Source of the DNA: an uncultured Muribaculaceae bacterium
GTDB taxonomy: Bacteria; Bacillota_I; Bacilli_A; RF39; UBA660
Assembly: GCA_964545885.1 (NCBI GenBank)
Contig: CAZJHG010000003.1
Location: 1,474-65,473 of the forward strand
DNA: 64,000 bases
Direction: 5' to 3'
Positions 17,553-27,290 of the stretch are shown here, in pieces. Made by a program: the position numbers and the translations under genes. The notes below the pieces were generated by a model. That model saw only the letters and a list, made by a program, of their open reading frames with translations, was not told the origin of the DNA and did no database searches. The stretch's first letter is position 1. Each line of letters starts with the position of its first letter.

Positions 17553-18968
17553 ATGAGAAATAAACTAGTATATAAATATTTAGGTAAAGTTTTAATTGGT
17601 TTCTCAATATTACTAATTTTCCCTATAATAGTATCCTTAATATATAAAGAAAGTATAATACCATTTCTAATTCCCTCACTAATTAGCTTAGTATTAGGAT
17701 TATTACTAAATTCAATAAAATCAGATAATAAAAATCTCTATGCCAAAGATGGTTTTGTTATCGTAACAACATCTTGGCTCTTAATAAGTCTTATTGGTTC
17801 AATACCATTTATGTTAGGAGATAATCTATCATTCTTTAATGCTTTTTTTGAAACTGTATCTGGATTAACCACTACCGGAGCCACTATTTACGAAGATGTC
17901 GAACATCTAACTCATAACTTATTATTCTGGCGTTGCTTTACACACTTTATTGGTGGTATGGGAGTCCTTGCTTTCGTTATGGCTATCGTACCATTATCTA
18001 AAAATGATAAATCGATGCATGTCTTAAAAGCAGAAATGCCAGGGCCGAGTGTTTCAAAACTAGTTCCTAGTATCAAAAAAACCTTATTATACCTATATGG
18101 TATCTATGTTGGTTTAACACTACTATTAACAGTTTTACTTCTAATAGGAGGTAACAAACTATTTGATAGTATCTTAATATCAATGTCAACAGCAGGTACG
18201 GGAGGATTCTCACTATTAAATAGTGGACTTGCTACATATAGTTCATATACTCAATGGATTATCACTATATTTATGTTCTTATTCGGAGTTAACTTTAATA
18301 TATATTTCTTAATTCTAATGAAAGATATAAAGAACGCTTTAAAAAGTGAAGAATTAAAAACTTATATTTTAATTTATATCTGTGCCGTAATCTTTATATT
18401 AGCTAATACATATTATATGTTCGATACTTTTAGTGAAGCCTTAAGACAAAGTGCATTCCATATTTCATCGATAATGACTAGTACAGGATTTTCTATCGGC
18501 GATATTAATATCTATCCAACATCATGTCGTATTTTAATATTATTTTTAATGTTAGTAAGTGCTTGTGCTGGTAGTACCTGTGGTGGATTTAAAATATCTC
18601 GTTTACTTATTTGTATAAAATCTATAAAAAGAGATATTCTTAAAACATTCCATCCAAATTGTGTTAGAACAATTACTTTTGAAGGCAAAAAAGTAGATGA
18701 AGAAACAGTAAAAAGTACTAGGTCATTTTTATTACTATATATTGGTATTATTATTTTACTAATGTTCTTAGTGAGTTTCGATGGCTTTACTTTAGATCAA
18801 ACAATCAACGCCGTCTTTACAACATTTGGTAATGTTGGATTATGTTTTGATATATCAAACTTTGCATTATTTAGTAATTTTTCTAAAATTGTCTTAAGTA
18901 TTGGAATGCTATTTGGTAGATTAGAAATATTTCCAATAATAGTATGGGCAAGTAGCTTAAAAAGATAA
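17553..18968 (+). CDS. trkH: TrkH-family potassium transporter
   Basis: Polytopic protein with the selectivity-filter-like motifs TTTGAT, TAGTGGF and TSTGFS, 471 aa. Confidence 0.9.
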   Translation: MRNKLVYKYLGKVLIGFSILLIFPIIVSLIYKESIIPFLIPSLISLVLGLLLNSIKSDNKNLYAKDGFVIVTTSWLLISLIGSIPFMLGDNLSFFNAFFETVSGLTTTGATIYEDVEHLTHNLLFWRCFTHFIGGMGVLAFVMAIVPLSKNDKSMHVLKAEMPGPSVSKLVPSIKKTLLYLYGIYVGLTLLLTVLLLIGGNKLFDSILISMSTAGTGGFSLLNSGLATYSSYTQWIITIFMFLFGVNFNIYFLILMKDIKNALKSEELKTYILIYICAVIFILANTYYMFDTFSEALRQSAFHISSIMTSTGFSIGDINIYPTSCRILILFLMLVSACAGSTCGGFKISRLLICIKSIKRDILKTFHPNCVRTITFEGKKVDEETVKSTRSFLLLYIGIIILLMFLVSFDGFTLDQTINAVFTTFGNVGLCFDISNFALFSNFSKIVLSIGMLFGRLEIFPIIVWASSLKR

Positions 18969-18996
18969 AGTCCTTTGGTTCAAAGGGCTTTTTTTA
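18968..18996 (+). terminator. Rho-independent terminator after trkH
   Basis: aagtcctttg-gtt-caaagggctt stem followed by T7. Confidence 0.8.
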
Positions 18997-19078
18997 ATGA
19001 TTTTTAATAAAAATATTATTTACAAAAAAATATTCAACATGTTAACATATACTTGTTGTATAGGAATTAGAAAGAAGA

Positions 19079-21649
19079 ATGCTTATGCTAGAATTAAAAA
19101 AAATAACAAAAGTTTATGAAGTAGCCGATTTAAAACAAAAAGCTTTAAATAAGATAGATATAAAATTCCGTCAAAATGAATTCGTATCTATTCTCGGCCA
19201 AAGTGGTAGTGGTAAAACTACTATGTTAAATATTATTGGAGGATTAGATGGTTATACTAGTGGAGACTTAGTAATAAATGGAACATCTACTAAAGAGTTC
19301 ACAGATCGTGATTGGGATACATATCGTAATCACCGTGTCGGATTCGTATTCCAAAGTTACAACCTAATCCCACATCAAACCGCTTTACAAAACGTTGAAC
19401 TAGCTCTTACATTATCTGGTATAGATAAAGAAGAACGAAGAAAAAGAGCTATCGCAGTCTTAAAAAAAGTAGGTCTTGGTAATCAGATACATAAAAAACC
19501 AAACCAAATGTCCGGGGGACAAATGCAAAGAATTGCTATCGCTCGTGCTTTAGTAAACGATCCAGACATCTTACTTGCTGATGAACCAACTGGAGCACTA
19601 GACTCAGAAACAAGTCTTCAAGTAATGGACCTTCTAAAAGAAATTGCCAAAGATAAATTAGTAATCATGGTAACTCATAATCCAGAATTAGCAATAAATT
19701 ATTCTACACGTATTGTTAAATTATTAGATGGTGAAATCGTTGATGATACTCATCCATTCGACGGAAAAGAAGAAGTAGTTGAAGAAGAATCAGTAAAAAA
19801 GAAAAAATCTAAAAAGACATCAATGAGTTTTAAAACAGCTTTTGGACTAAGTCTTAATAACTTATTAACTAAAAAAGGTCGTACTATTTTAACTGCATTT
19901 GCTGGAAGCATCGGAATAATTGGTATCGCCTTAATATTATCTCTTTCAAATGGTATTCAAGAGTATATTGATAAAACAGAAGAAGAAACACTAAGTTCGT
20001 ATCCATTAACTATTCAAAAAGAATCAGTTAATATGTCAGCATTACTTGAAACATTTGCTGGTACTAAAGAAGAAAAAGACTATAATGACGACAAAATCCA
20101 TTCAGTAAATATCATGGGTGACTTATTTACTTCATTAACAGCTGAAGTAGAACATAATGACCTAAAAGCATTTAAATCATATATTGAAAGTGATAAAACA
20201 AACATCAAAGACTATGTAACAGATATAAAATATGGTTACAACGTAACATTAAATTTATATAAAAATGATTCAGAAAAAGTAACTAGAGTAAACCCTACAA
20301 CAGTATTTGATGCTCTAGGAATGAACACATCTAGTATGTCAAGCGTCTATAGTACTTATATGTCTAACTACGATGTATTCTTTGAAATGCTAGATAATGA
20401 AGAATTAAACAAACAACAATATGACTTAGTAGATGGTCACTGGCCAGAAAACTATAATGAAATGGTTTTAGTAGTAGATAAAAATAATCAAGTATCAGAC
20501 TATACTTTATATAGTTTAGGTATTCTAGATCAAGAAGAACTATCTAAACAATTTACTAATATGACAACTGGTGGTGAAGTTAACTTCGAAGAACATTCAT
20601 ATTCAACAGATGAAATCTTAGATTTGACATTTAAACTAGTCCTAAATACTGATTACTATGAAAAACAAGGTAAAATATGGATAGATAAATCATCTGATCA
20701 AGAATATATGAAAAAAGTATTAGAAAATGCTGAAGAAATTAAAATAGTAGGTATTATCAAACCTAATGAAGAAGCTGTAACCGCTGGTAATGCATCCTAT
20801 GGTATGGTAGGATATACTCATGCTTTACAAGAACATTTAATAAACAAAATAAATGAGACAAAAATAGTTAAAGAACAAAAAGAAAATCCAGAAAAAAATA
20901 TTTTCACTGGAACAAAATTTACTACTAATGCAACATTTGACATAAATTCATTAACAACAGAGCAAAAAAAACAACTAGCATCATTATCACAAGCTGAACA
21001 AATTGCTTACATTCAAAGTTTAACTGAAAATATGTCATCAAGCTATGAAGAAAACTTAAATAAGTTAGGAGTAGTTGATTTAGCAGAACCAGATTCAATT
21101 AGTATTTATCCAAAAGACTTCGACTCTAAAGAAGAAATTACTAAAATAATTGATGAATACAACGAAACATTACCAGAAGGAGAAGAACTAACTTATACTG
21201 ATGTTGTTGGTATAATGATGACTTCTGTCTCTACAATAGTTGATGTAGTAAGTAGTGTTCTAATTGCTTTCGTTGCTATTAGTTTAATAGTATCTTCGAT
21301 TATGATAGCTATCATAACATACATCTCAGTAATCGAAAGAACAAAAGAAATAGGTATTTTAAGAGCTATCGGAGCTTCTAAAAAAGATATATCTCGTGTC
21401 TTTAACGCCGAAACATTTATTGAAGGACTAACAGCTGGAGTAATGGGAATTCTTGTAACAATTATTCTAAATATTCCAATTAATATGATTATTAAAAAAG
21501 TAGTTAATATAAGTAATATCTCAGTATTACCTATAGGTGGAGCAATAACACTAATTATAATAAGTGTAATCCTTACCGTAGTAGCTGGCTTAGTACCTGC
21601 TAAAATAGCATCTAAAAAAGACCCAGTAGAAGCACTACGTACAGAATAA
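19079..21649 (+). CDS. MacB/FtsX-type ABC transporter, fused ATPase-permease
   Basis: Walker [10 protein letters not shown], signature SGGQMQR, Walker [12 protein letters not shown], a large extracytoplasmic region, and a C-terminal FtsX-like TM bundle. The start may be 19085. Confidence 0.85.
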   Translation: MLMLELKKITKVYEVADLKQKALNKIDIKFRQNEFVSILGQSGSGKTTMLNIIGGLDGYTSGDLVINGTSTKEFTDRDWDTYRNHRVGFVFQSYNLIPHQTALQNVELALTLSGIDKEERRKRAIAVLKKVGLGNQIHKKPNQMSGGQMQRIAIARALVNDPDILLADEPTGALDSETSLQVMDLLKEIAKDKLVIMVTHNPELAINYSTRIVKLLDGEIVDDTHPFDGKEEVVEEESVKKKKSKKTSMSFKTAFGLSLNNLLTKKGRTILTAFAGSIGIIGIALILSLSNGIQEYIDKTEEETLSSYPLTIQKESVNMSALLETFAGTKEEKDYNDDKIHSVNIMGDLFTSLTAEVEHNDLKAFKSYIESDKTNIKDYVTDIKYGYNVTLNLYKNDSEKVTRVNPTTVFDALGMNTSSMSSVYSTYMSNYDVFFEMLDNEELNKQQYDLVDGHWPENYNEMVLVVDKNNQVSDYTLYSLGILDQEELSKQFTNMTTGGEVNFEEHSYSTDEILDLTFKLVLNTDYYEKQGKIWIDKSSDQEYMKKVLENAEEIKIVGIIKPNEEAVTAGNASYGMVGYTHALQEHLINKINETKIVKEQKENPEKNIFTGTKFTTNATFDINSLTTEQKKQLASLSQAEQIAYIQSLTENMSSSYEENLNKLGVVDLAEPDSISIYPKDFDSKEEITKIIDEYNETLPEGEELTYTDVVGIMMTSVSTIVDVVSSVLIAFVAISLIVSSIMIAIITYISVIERTKEIGILRAIGASKKDISRVFNAETFIEGLTAGVMGILVTIILNIPINMIIKKVVNISNISVLPIGGAITLIIISVILTVVAGLVPAKIASKKDPVEALRTE

Positions 21650-21672
21650 AAATAATAATAAAACACTCAAAC

Positions 21673-21707
21673 AAAGTAGACACACCAAGTAAAAGTGTCT
21701 ACTTTTT
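21673..21707 (+). terminator. Rho-independent terminator
   Basis: aaagtagacac / gtgtctacttt 11-bp stem followed by a T run. Confidence 0.8.
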
Positions 21708-21781
21708 ATTTGCTCAAATTCTAATGTTTAAGTACTAGGAATCAACTAATATATTAATCTCCAAATTCAAAATAATTCCAC

Positions 21782-21838
21782 TTGACAAAAATATCCTATT
21801 GAAAGTAAAATCAATATAGATAGTAGAGGAGTGTATTT
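21782..21838 (+). promoter_or_regulatory. Promoter plus leader: TTGACA-18 nt-TAAAAT, then the conserved 21-nt block TATAGATAGTAGAGGAGTGTA
   Basis: -35 at 21782-21787, -10 at 21806-21811, block at 21815-21835 (contains the RBS). The same architecture recurs at 30951-31011. Confidence 0.7.
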
Positions 21839-23686
21839 ATGAAAAAATTGAAGTATTTTATATTTAGTTTAGTTTGCTTATTAAGTTGTAATATAGTATT
21901 TGCAGCAAACGAAGTAGTAATCAAAAGTATAACTGCAGTATATGATGAAGAAAGTGACATTTTAGTATCAGAAAAAGATAACTTACATAGTGTTACTTTC
22001 AACGATAAGAATCAAAAGGTTGAATACAAAGTTATAATAGAAAATACAACTGATGGAGATATATCCATAGCTGATATTAACTTATCTACTCCAACAGAAG
22101 AGTTTTTAAATTATGATATTTCCGGTATTTTAAAAGATGATGTATTATCTGCAAATGAAACAAAGGAATTCATAGTATCACTAGAAACTATTCAAATGGA
22201 TGGTTGGGGACGTAACTTTAATGATGAACTCCTAACAAGTATAGAATTTGCAAATCATATGACTAATTCAGATGCAATAGATTTTATAGCTAATCCAGAT
22301 ACAATAGATTTTATAGTTTGTATTGTTGGTCTAGCAGTTATATCTGCTTTAGTTTATATATCAACAAAAAAATATAAACATGGGAAATATATAGTTTTAG
22401 TAATAGGATTGGTATCTTTACTACCTATGGTTAAAGCTAAGGATTCTATAACTTTAAGTTTTAAAATAAATGCTAGTTTTGAATCACAAAATATTATGGA
22501 GACGAGATTTGAAGAACCGAAAATTTTTAGTTTAGGTTATGGTCCACCTAACTTAGGTGGGAAAGATTGTTGGAAATATGATGGATATATAAAAAACATA
22601 TATATACAAAACGAATTTAATGAAATAAAAGATTATGTGTATAAATATGATATATCGGAGTCAAAAAATGAGAAAGTAATTGCCTATTTAGTAAGAAACG
22701 AAGAAAATAATAAATATTATGATTTATATTTACAAGCCGATGGTATTATATATGCAAATCAAGATTCTCGTGGTTATTTTGCAGGAATGCAAAACCTTGA
22801 TAATATTGATAATCTAACAGGATTAGACACAAGTAACGTTACTGATATGAGCGCAATGTTTTATAATACTGGGTATTATAGCGATGTTTTTGCTTTGGAT
22901 TTAAGTGGTTTTAATACAAGTAAAGCTCTTTCAATGGATGGAATGTTTAATAATACAGGTTACAACAATTCTAACTTTACATTAGACTTAAGTAATTTTG
23001 ACACAAGTAACGTAACTAATATGTCTTATATGTTTTGGGCAACAGGCTACAACAGTTCCCGCTTCACATTAGATTTAAGCAGTTTCAATACAAGCAATGT
23101 AACAGATATGTCTAGTATGTTTTTTGAAACAGGGCATAATAGTACAAACTTTACATTAGATTTAAGCAATTTCGATACAAGCAATGTAACAGATATGTCT
23201 TATATGTTTTATGCTACAGGAGACTACAGTTCTAACTTTACATTAGATTTAAGCAGTTTCAATACAAGCAATGTAACAAATATGTCTAGTATGTTTATTT
23301 GCACAGGATACAAGAGTTCCAACTTTACTTTAGACTTAAGTAACTTCGATACAAGTAACGTAACTAATATGAGTTATATGTTTGATTCAACAGGCTACAG
23401 CAGTTCCCGCTTCACATTAGATTTAAGCAATTTCAATACAAGTAATGTAACAAAGATGAGTGGAATGTTCTCTAATACAGGGCATAATAGTACAAATTTT
23501 AACACTTCTATAACCATAAGCAATCCTAATGTTACTGATTATTATAGCATGTTTTATGAAACGGCAACAAAAACTGGTTCCAAAATAACAGTAAACTACA
23601 CTAGTGCTACAAGTTCTTTGGTAGACAAAATGATTGCTACTAAATCATCAAATTCCAATGTCATAAAAGGTGTACAAGTAGATTAA
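21839..23686 (+). CDS. Surface protein: signal peptide, beta-sandwich-like domain, internal anchor/signal module, DUF285/BspA-type leucine-rich repeats
   Basis: Signal peptide MKKLKYFIFSLVCLLSCNIVFA. About 9 repeats of the FTLDLSNFDTSNVTNMSYMF..TGY type. Two internal hydrophobic segments at aa 157-198. Confidence 0.85.
   Translation: MKKLKYFIFSLVCLLSCNIVFAANEVVIKSITAVYDEESDILVSEKDNLHSVTFNDKNQKVEYKVIIENTTDGDISIADINLSTPTEEFLNYDISGILKDDVLSANETKEFIVSLETIQMDGWGRNFNDELLTSIEFANHMTNSDAIDFIANPDTIDFIVCIVGLAVISALVYISTKKYKHGKYIVLVIGLVSLLPMVKAKDSITLSFKINASFESQNIMETRFEEPKIFSLGYGPPNLGGKDCWKYDGYIKNIYIQNEFNEIKDYVYKYDISESKNEKVIAYLVRNEENNKYYDLYLQADGIIYANQDSRGYFAGMQNLDNIDNLTGLDTSNVTDMSAMFYNTGYYSDVFALDLSGFNTSKALSMDGMFNNTGYNNSNFTLDLSNFDTSNVTNMSYMFWATGYNSSRFTLDLSSFNTSNVTDMSSMFFETGHNSTNFTLDLSNFDTSNVTDMSYMFYATGDYSSNFTLDLSSFNTSNVTNMSSMFICTGYKSSNFTLDLSNFDTSNVTNMSYMFDSTGYSSSRFTLDLSNFNTSNVTKMSGMFSNTGHNSTNFNTSITISNPNVTDYYSMFYETATKTGSKITVNYTSATSSLVDKMIATKSSNSNVIKGVQVD
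22802..23497 (+). repeat. Tandem 87-nt (29-aa) coding repeats with a 174-nt higher-order period
   Basis: Unit starts at 22802, 22889, 22976, 23063, 23150, 23237, 23324 and 23411. Alternate units pair up (SNFDTSNVT.MSYMF versus SSFNTSNVT.MSSMF). Confidence 0.9.
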
Positions 23687-23697
23687 TTAAAATATCA

Positions 23698-23734
23698 AGT
23701 ATGAATACGCAAACAAAGCATTCATACTTTTTTC
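23698..23734 (+). terminator. Rho-independent terminator
   Basis: aagtatgaat / attcatactt 10-bp stem followed by T6. Confidence 0.8.
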
Positions 23735-23804
23735 TTTGCAAAAATAAATATTGCCATTAAATCATAAAAATTATATAATAAATACAGAATAAGGTAGTGA
23801 TACT

Positions 23805-24419
23805 ATGCAAAGAAAATACATATATTTATTAGTTATAGTCTTAACCATAGTTCTTGTTGTATACAATCATTTTATCGGCTTGTCATCTACTAAGCCATCC
23901 GTAGAATTAGACAATAGCCCAGTTATTGAAGAAACTCAAAAGAATACTGAAGTTAAATATAATTTAAAAATAGATAATTATCAAAATGATGAAAAAGATA
24001 TAATCTATTCATATAAAATAACTATTCCTGAAATATCAGGAGCATATAAATATAGTAAAAATAACGAAGAATCATATTTAATATTTACTGCCAATGGTGA
24101 AGCAGAAGTAACTTTAAATAGTAATGATTCTTTAACAATCTATGAACTACCAGAAGGAATAAAATATAAGATAGAACAGATTACTGACGTAAGTGAAAAA
24201 TATACAACTAAGACCGATGAAACAAATGGAACAATTATTGAAGGAATTATCAGCGAAACTAACAATATTAAATTTACTAACGAAACAATTATTTCAGAAG
24301 AACCAGTAAAGAAAAATCCGTTCACTAGTGACAATCACTACTTAGCATTATTCGTTTTCATATATGCCGTAATTATAAGTATAGTAGCAACTAGAATAAA
24401 AGTTAAAAGGTTTGAATAA
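23805..24419 (+). CDS. Small pilin-like / Cna-B-like surface protein with C-terminal NPFTSD-TM-basic tail
   Basis: N-terminal signal or anchor. The core ANGEAEVTLNSNDSLTIYELPEGIKYKIEQ...YTT...IKFTNE resembles the Gram-positive pilin/Cna-B domain pattern. C-terminal tripartite signal. Confidence 0.6.
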   Translation: MQRKYIYLLVIVLTIVLVVYNHFIGLSSTKPSVELDNSPVIEETQKNTEVKYNLKIDNYQNDEKDIIYSYKITIPEISGAYKYSKNNEESYLIFTANGEAEVTLNSNDSLTIYELPEGIKYKIEQITDVSEKYTTKTDETNGTIIEGIISETNNIKFTNETIISEEPVKKNPFTSDNHYLALFVFIYAVIISIVATRIKVKRFE

Positions 24420-24431
24420 AGCCTTTTTTTC
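24407..24431 (+). terminator. Rho-independent terminator overlapping the stop codon
   Basis: aaggttt-gaata-aagcctt stem (one G.U pair) followed by T7. Confidence 0.55.
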
Positions 24432-24497
24432 TTTCCAAAAATTAACATTGTAAAATATAATTCTTTTAGTATAATAAGTAAACAAAGGAAGTTTACT

Positions 24498-25001
24498 ATG
24501 AAAAAACAAATACATATTATCCAAGGAATAATTATACTTCTTATAATATTTATAGCATTATTAATATCAATAAAATTTATTTACAAAATAAATAATGAAC
24601 AAGTAGATACATCATATATGTGGAATATTAATTTAACAAACTTAAAAATTACAGAAGGAAGTATAGAAGGTACAACAAAGTTAGAAAATAATACATTAAC
24701 TACTGAAGTAACTTTAAAGAAAGAAAAAGAATATTATGAATTTACTTTTGATATAGAAAATACAGGTACTTTAGATGCTATAATAGACAACATTAATTTA
24801 TTTGTAGACAATAAAAAAAATATTCTAACTTATAAAGTATCATATCTAGATGGCACATCACTAAATAAAGGAGATGTCTTAAAATCTAACACCAATAAAA
24901 CTATCTTAGTACGAATAGATTATCCTAAACAAACAAATAAAATATATGATGAATTAACTCTAAAAATAACATTAAGCTTAATATATAAAGCAATTTATTA
25001 A
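24498..25001 (+). CDS. Small N-terminally anchored protein, paralogous to the N-terminal domain of the 21839 protein
   Basis: EYYEFTFDIENTGTLDAIIDNINLF..ILTYKVS..GDVLKSNTNKTILV parallels VEYKVIIENTTDGDISIADINLS..FLNYDIS..DDVLSANETKEFIV. Confidence 0.6.
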   Translation: MKKQIHIIQGIIILLIIFIALLISIKFIYKINNEQVDTSYMWNINLTNLKITEGSIEGTTKLENNTLTTEVTLKKEKEYYEFTFDIENTGTLDAIIDNINLFVDNKKNILTYKVSYLDGTSLNKGDVLKSNTNKTILVRIDYPKQTNKIYDELTLKITLSLIYKAIY

Positions 25002-25060
25002 TATTGTATTTAACCTCTACTTATTATATAATTTAAAGTAGAAGGATAAAGGGTAGTAAG

Positions 25061-26203
25061 ATGAAACAAAGTATTAGTAAAAATATTAAAAGTACTATGT
25101 TAATACTTGAAATTATAGTATTTATTTATATAATATCTATCTTTATATTTAAAGATTATATAAGTACATTAATAAATCCTCTTAATGTGGCTTTTTTCAT
25201 GTTATTAACTTTTTTTTCAATATTATTACTCGGCTTTAAAAAAGCAAAAAAAAGTAAACTAAAAACTAAAATTAATAACATTTTTATAATAGTATCATCT
25301 GTATATTTAATAAGTATCTATTTATTAGGAAATGCTACTGGTTTTTATAATAATTCTTTTAGTATAAGTAATACTATATATCTTGTTTTATATTTAGTAT
25401 TAAGTGAAATATTTAGATATATCTTTATATCAAAATGTAATAAAACTACTAGTAATCAATATATAATGACCTTTTTATATGTATTATTTGATTTATTAGT
25501 TATCTCATCTTTAGGGCCTACTAATATTATAAAAATAACTGATATATTATCTCTAACATTTATCTCTTTAATAAAAAATTCTCTACTAAGTTATACAACA
25601 TATAAATATGGATATAAATCGTGTTATATATATTCTTTTATAATAGGCTTAATGCCTATAATTGCTCCAATATATCCTGATTTAAGCAATTATATTAATG
25701 TAGTATTCTCTCTAACTTATTCAGCTATTATTTTCTATAATATAAGTAAACCAAATAGAAAAGAAGAGGAAGAAACAGCAAACACTTATAAAAAGAATAT
25801 CTTATTTTATTTAGAAAGAGTTCTTTTAGTATTTATTATAATAATAATATTTTTAGTATCGGGCAATTTCAAGTATTCAATATCAGCTGTAGCATCTGAT
25901 TCTATGTATCCATATTTAAAAAAAGGTGATGCTATTATTCTTGAAAGAGTAGATGAAAAAAACCAAAATGAATTAATAAAAGGTGATGTAGTAGCATTTG
26001 AACAAGACGGAAAAATAGTAATTCATAGGATATTAACTATCGATACAATAGATGGTGAAGATTATATAACAACAAAAGGTGATAATAATAACACAAAAGA
26101 TGTACAAAAAAAGACAAAAGATGATATAATAGGAATAGTAAGATATAGGATTCCGTATATAGGCTATCCATCTATAGAAATATCTGAAACAAAGAATAAA
26201 TAA
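25061..26203 (+). CDS. SipW/Sec11-type (Ser-His) signal peptidase I fused to an N-terminal ~8-TM domain
   Basis: C-terminal ~135 aa carry SDSMYPYLKKGD (catalytic Ser box), VIHRIL (His box) and TKGDNN. The N-terminal ~245 aa are strongly hydrophobic with about 8 helices. Confidence 0.75.
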   Translation: MKQSISKNIKSTMLILEIIVFIYIISIFIFKDYISTLINPLNVAFFMLLTFFSILLLGFKKAKKSKLKTKINNIFIIVSSVYLISIYLLGNATGFYNNSFSISNTIYLVLYLVLSEIFRYIFISKCNKTTSNQYIMTFLYVLFDLLVISSLGPTNIIKITDILSLTFISLIKNSLLSYTTYKYGYKSCYIYSFIIGLMPIIAPIYPDLSNYINVVFSLTYSAIIFYNISKPNRKEEEETANTYKKNILFYLERVLLVFIIIIIFLVSGNFKYSISAVASDSMYPYLKKGDAIILERVDEKNQNELIKGDVVAFEQDGKIVIHRILTIDTIDGEDYITTKGDNNNTKDVQKKTKDDIIGIVRYRIPYIGYPSIEISETKNK

Positions 26204-26215
26204 GGAGTATGGGGT

Positions 26216-27145
26216 ATGAATAACAAAAAAACAATAACAATTTGCTCAATTATTGCTCTAGTAGTTCTTGCTATAGTTATAATAATTACCTTGATGTCTG
26301 ACTTAGTTGGCTTCAGTATCATATTAGGAACTCTATTTATAATTTTAACAGTTTGTCTAGGTATATATTTAAGAGAAGAACCTGATGAATATAGTTTATT
26401 TATAAAGAATAAAAAAAGGATTTTAAGAACTTACGATTCAATTATTGTTGAAGTAGAAGATATCCCTAATATAGCTGGTAAAAATATAATTAAAGTTAAA
26501 TCAATAGAGGATCTTGTAGATGCTCAATTAGAACTTAGAGAACCAATATATTATAAGAATGATAATGATTCTTGCTTCTTTATGTTATTACATTATAATG
26601 AAGCTTGTATATATATATTGAAAATGAATAGTGGAGTAGTATCACCAACTGAACAATCAATAAGGTATATGAAAGAAGATAAAGAAAGTAAGGAAACTTC
26701 TAATATTTTGGATAATGTTGAGAATACAATTGTATATAAGTTAGATGAACTAAGAAGTTTTAAAATTTCTCCAATTAGAAGTGAGCAAAAAATAGAAGTA
26801 ATCGATGATACTGCAATAAAAGAAGAGTTAGAAGAAGCCAAAGAACATCACATTACTAAAGAAACATTAGAAGATGAAATATCTAAGACAATGTATATCA
26901 ACGACTTAAAAGAAAAAATAAGACAGTTTGAAGAGGAAGAACTAGAAAAGGAAAGAGCTATTTCTAATACTCAAGAAATAAAAATAATTCCAGAAGAAAA
27001 AGTTAAGAGTAAGAAAAAAGAAACTGTTGTTAAAAACACAAAATCAACTACAGCTCAAACAAAGAAGACAACTAAAAAGAGTTCTACTCCTAAAAAAGTT
27101 ACTCACCAAACAAGACGTACTAGTAAGTATCAAAATAAAAAGTAA
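26216..27145 (+). CDS. Membrane protein with two N-terminal TM segments, a globular domain and a highly basic K/T-rich tail
   Basis: 309 aa starting 13 nt after the peptidase gene. The tail is KVKSKKKETVVKNTKSTTAQTKKTTKKSSTPKK. Confidence 0.6.
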   Translation: MNNKKTITICSIIALVVLAIVIIITLMSDLVGFSIILGTLFIILTVCLGIYLREEPDEYSLFIKNKKRILRTYDSIIVEVEDIPNIAGKNIIKVKSIEDLVDAQLELREPIYYKNDNDSCFFMLLHYNEACIYILKMNSGVVSPTEQSIRYMKEDKESKETSNILDNVENTIVYKLDELRSFKISPIRSEQKIEVIDDTAIKEELEEAKEHHITKETLEDEISKTMYINDLKEKIRQFEEEELEKERAISNTQEIKIIPEEKVKSKKKETVVKNTKSTTAQTKKTTKKSSTPKKVTHQTRRTSKYQNKK

Positions 27146-27147
27146 TT

Positions 27148-27172
27148 AAAGAATGAGCAATCATTCTTTTTT
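27148..27172 (+). terminator. Rho-independent terminator
   Basis: aaagaatga-gcaa-tcattcttt stem followed by a T run. Confidence 0.8.
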
Positions 27173-27245
27173 GAATAATTTAAAATTCATAAAGTAAATA
27201 TAAGCTAATTTATAGTCCATATTTATACAATGTAAAGAATTGATT

Positions 27246-27290
27246 TAAAAAAGTAAAATCATATTCTAAGCAATTGATTTTACTTTTTTT
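27246..27290. terminator. Second terminator-like hairpin (possible attenuator or sRNA 3' end)
   Basis: A6-agtaaaatca-13 nt-tgattttact-T6, sited 44 nt upstream of ATG 27334. Confidence 0.5.

Noticed and set aside
19039-19048. Perfect 10-bp palindrome ATGTTAACAT upstream of the ABC transporter gene
   Set aside because: It is short and AT-rich, so it is expected by chance in this composition. It has no second copy or flanking conservation, so I did not call it an operator.
21193-21666. 157-aa minus-strand ORF inside the ABC permease domain
   Set aside because: It is an antisense shadow of the FtsX-like TM region, with Ile/Thr-rich low-complexity sequence and no translation signals.
22802-23497. 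Regularly spaced direct repeats that could superficially resemble a CRISPR array
   Set aside because: The units are contiguous 87-nt coding repeats in one long ORF, with no unique spacers, and they translate to the DUF285/BspA motif. No cas genes are present.
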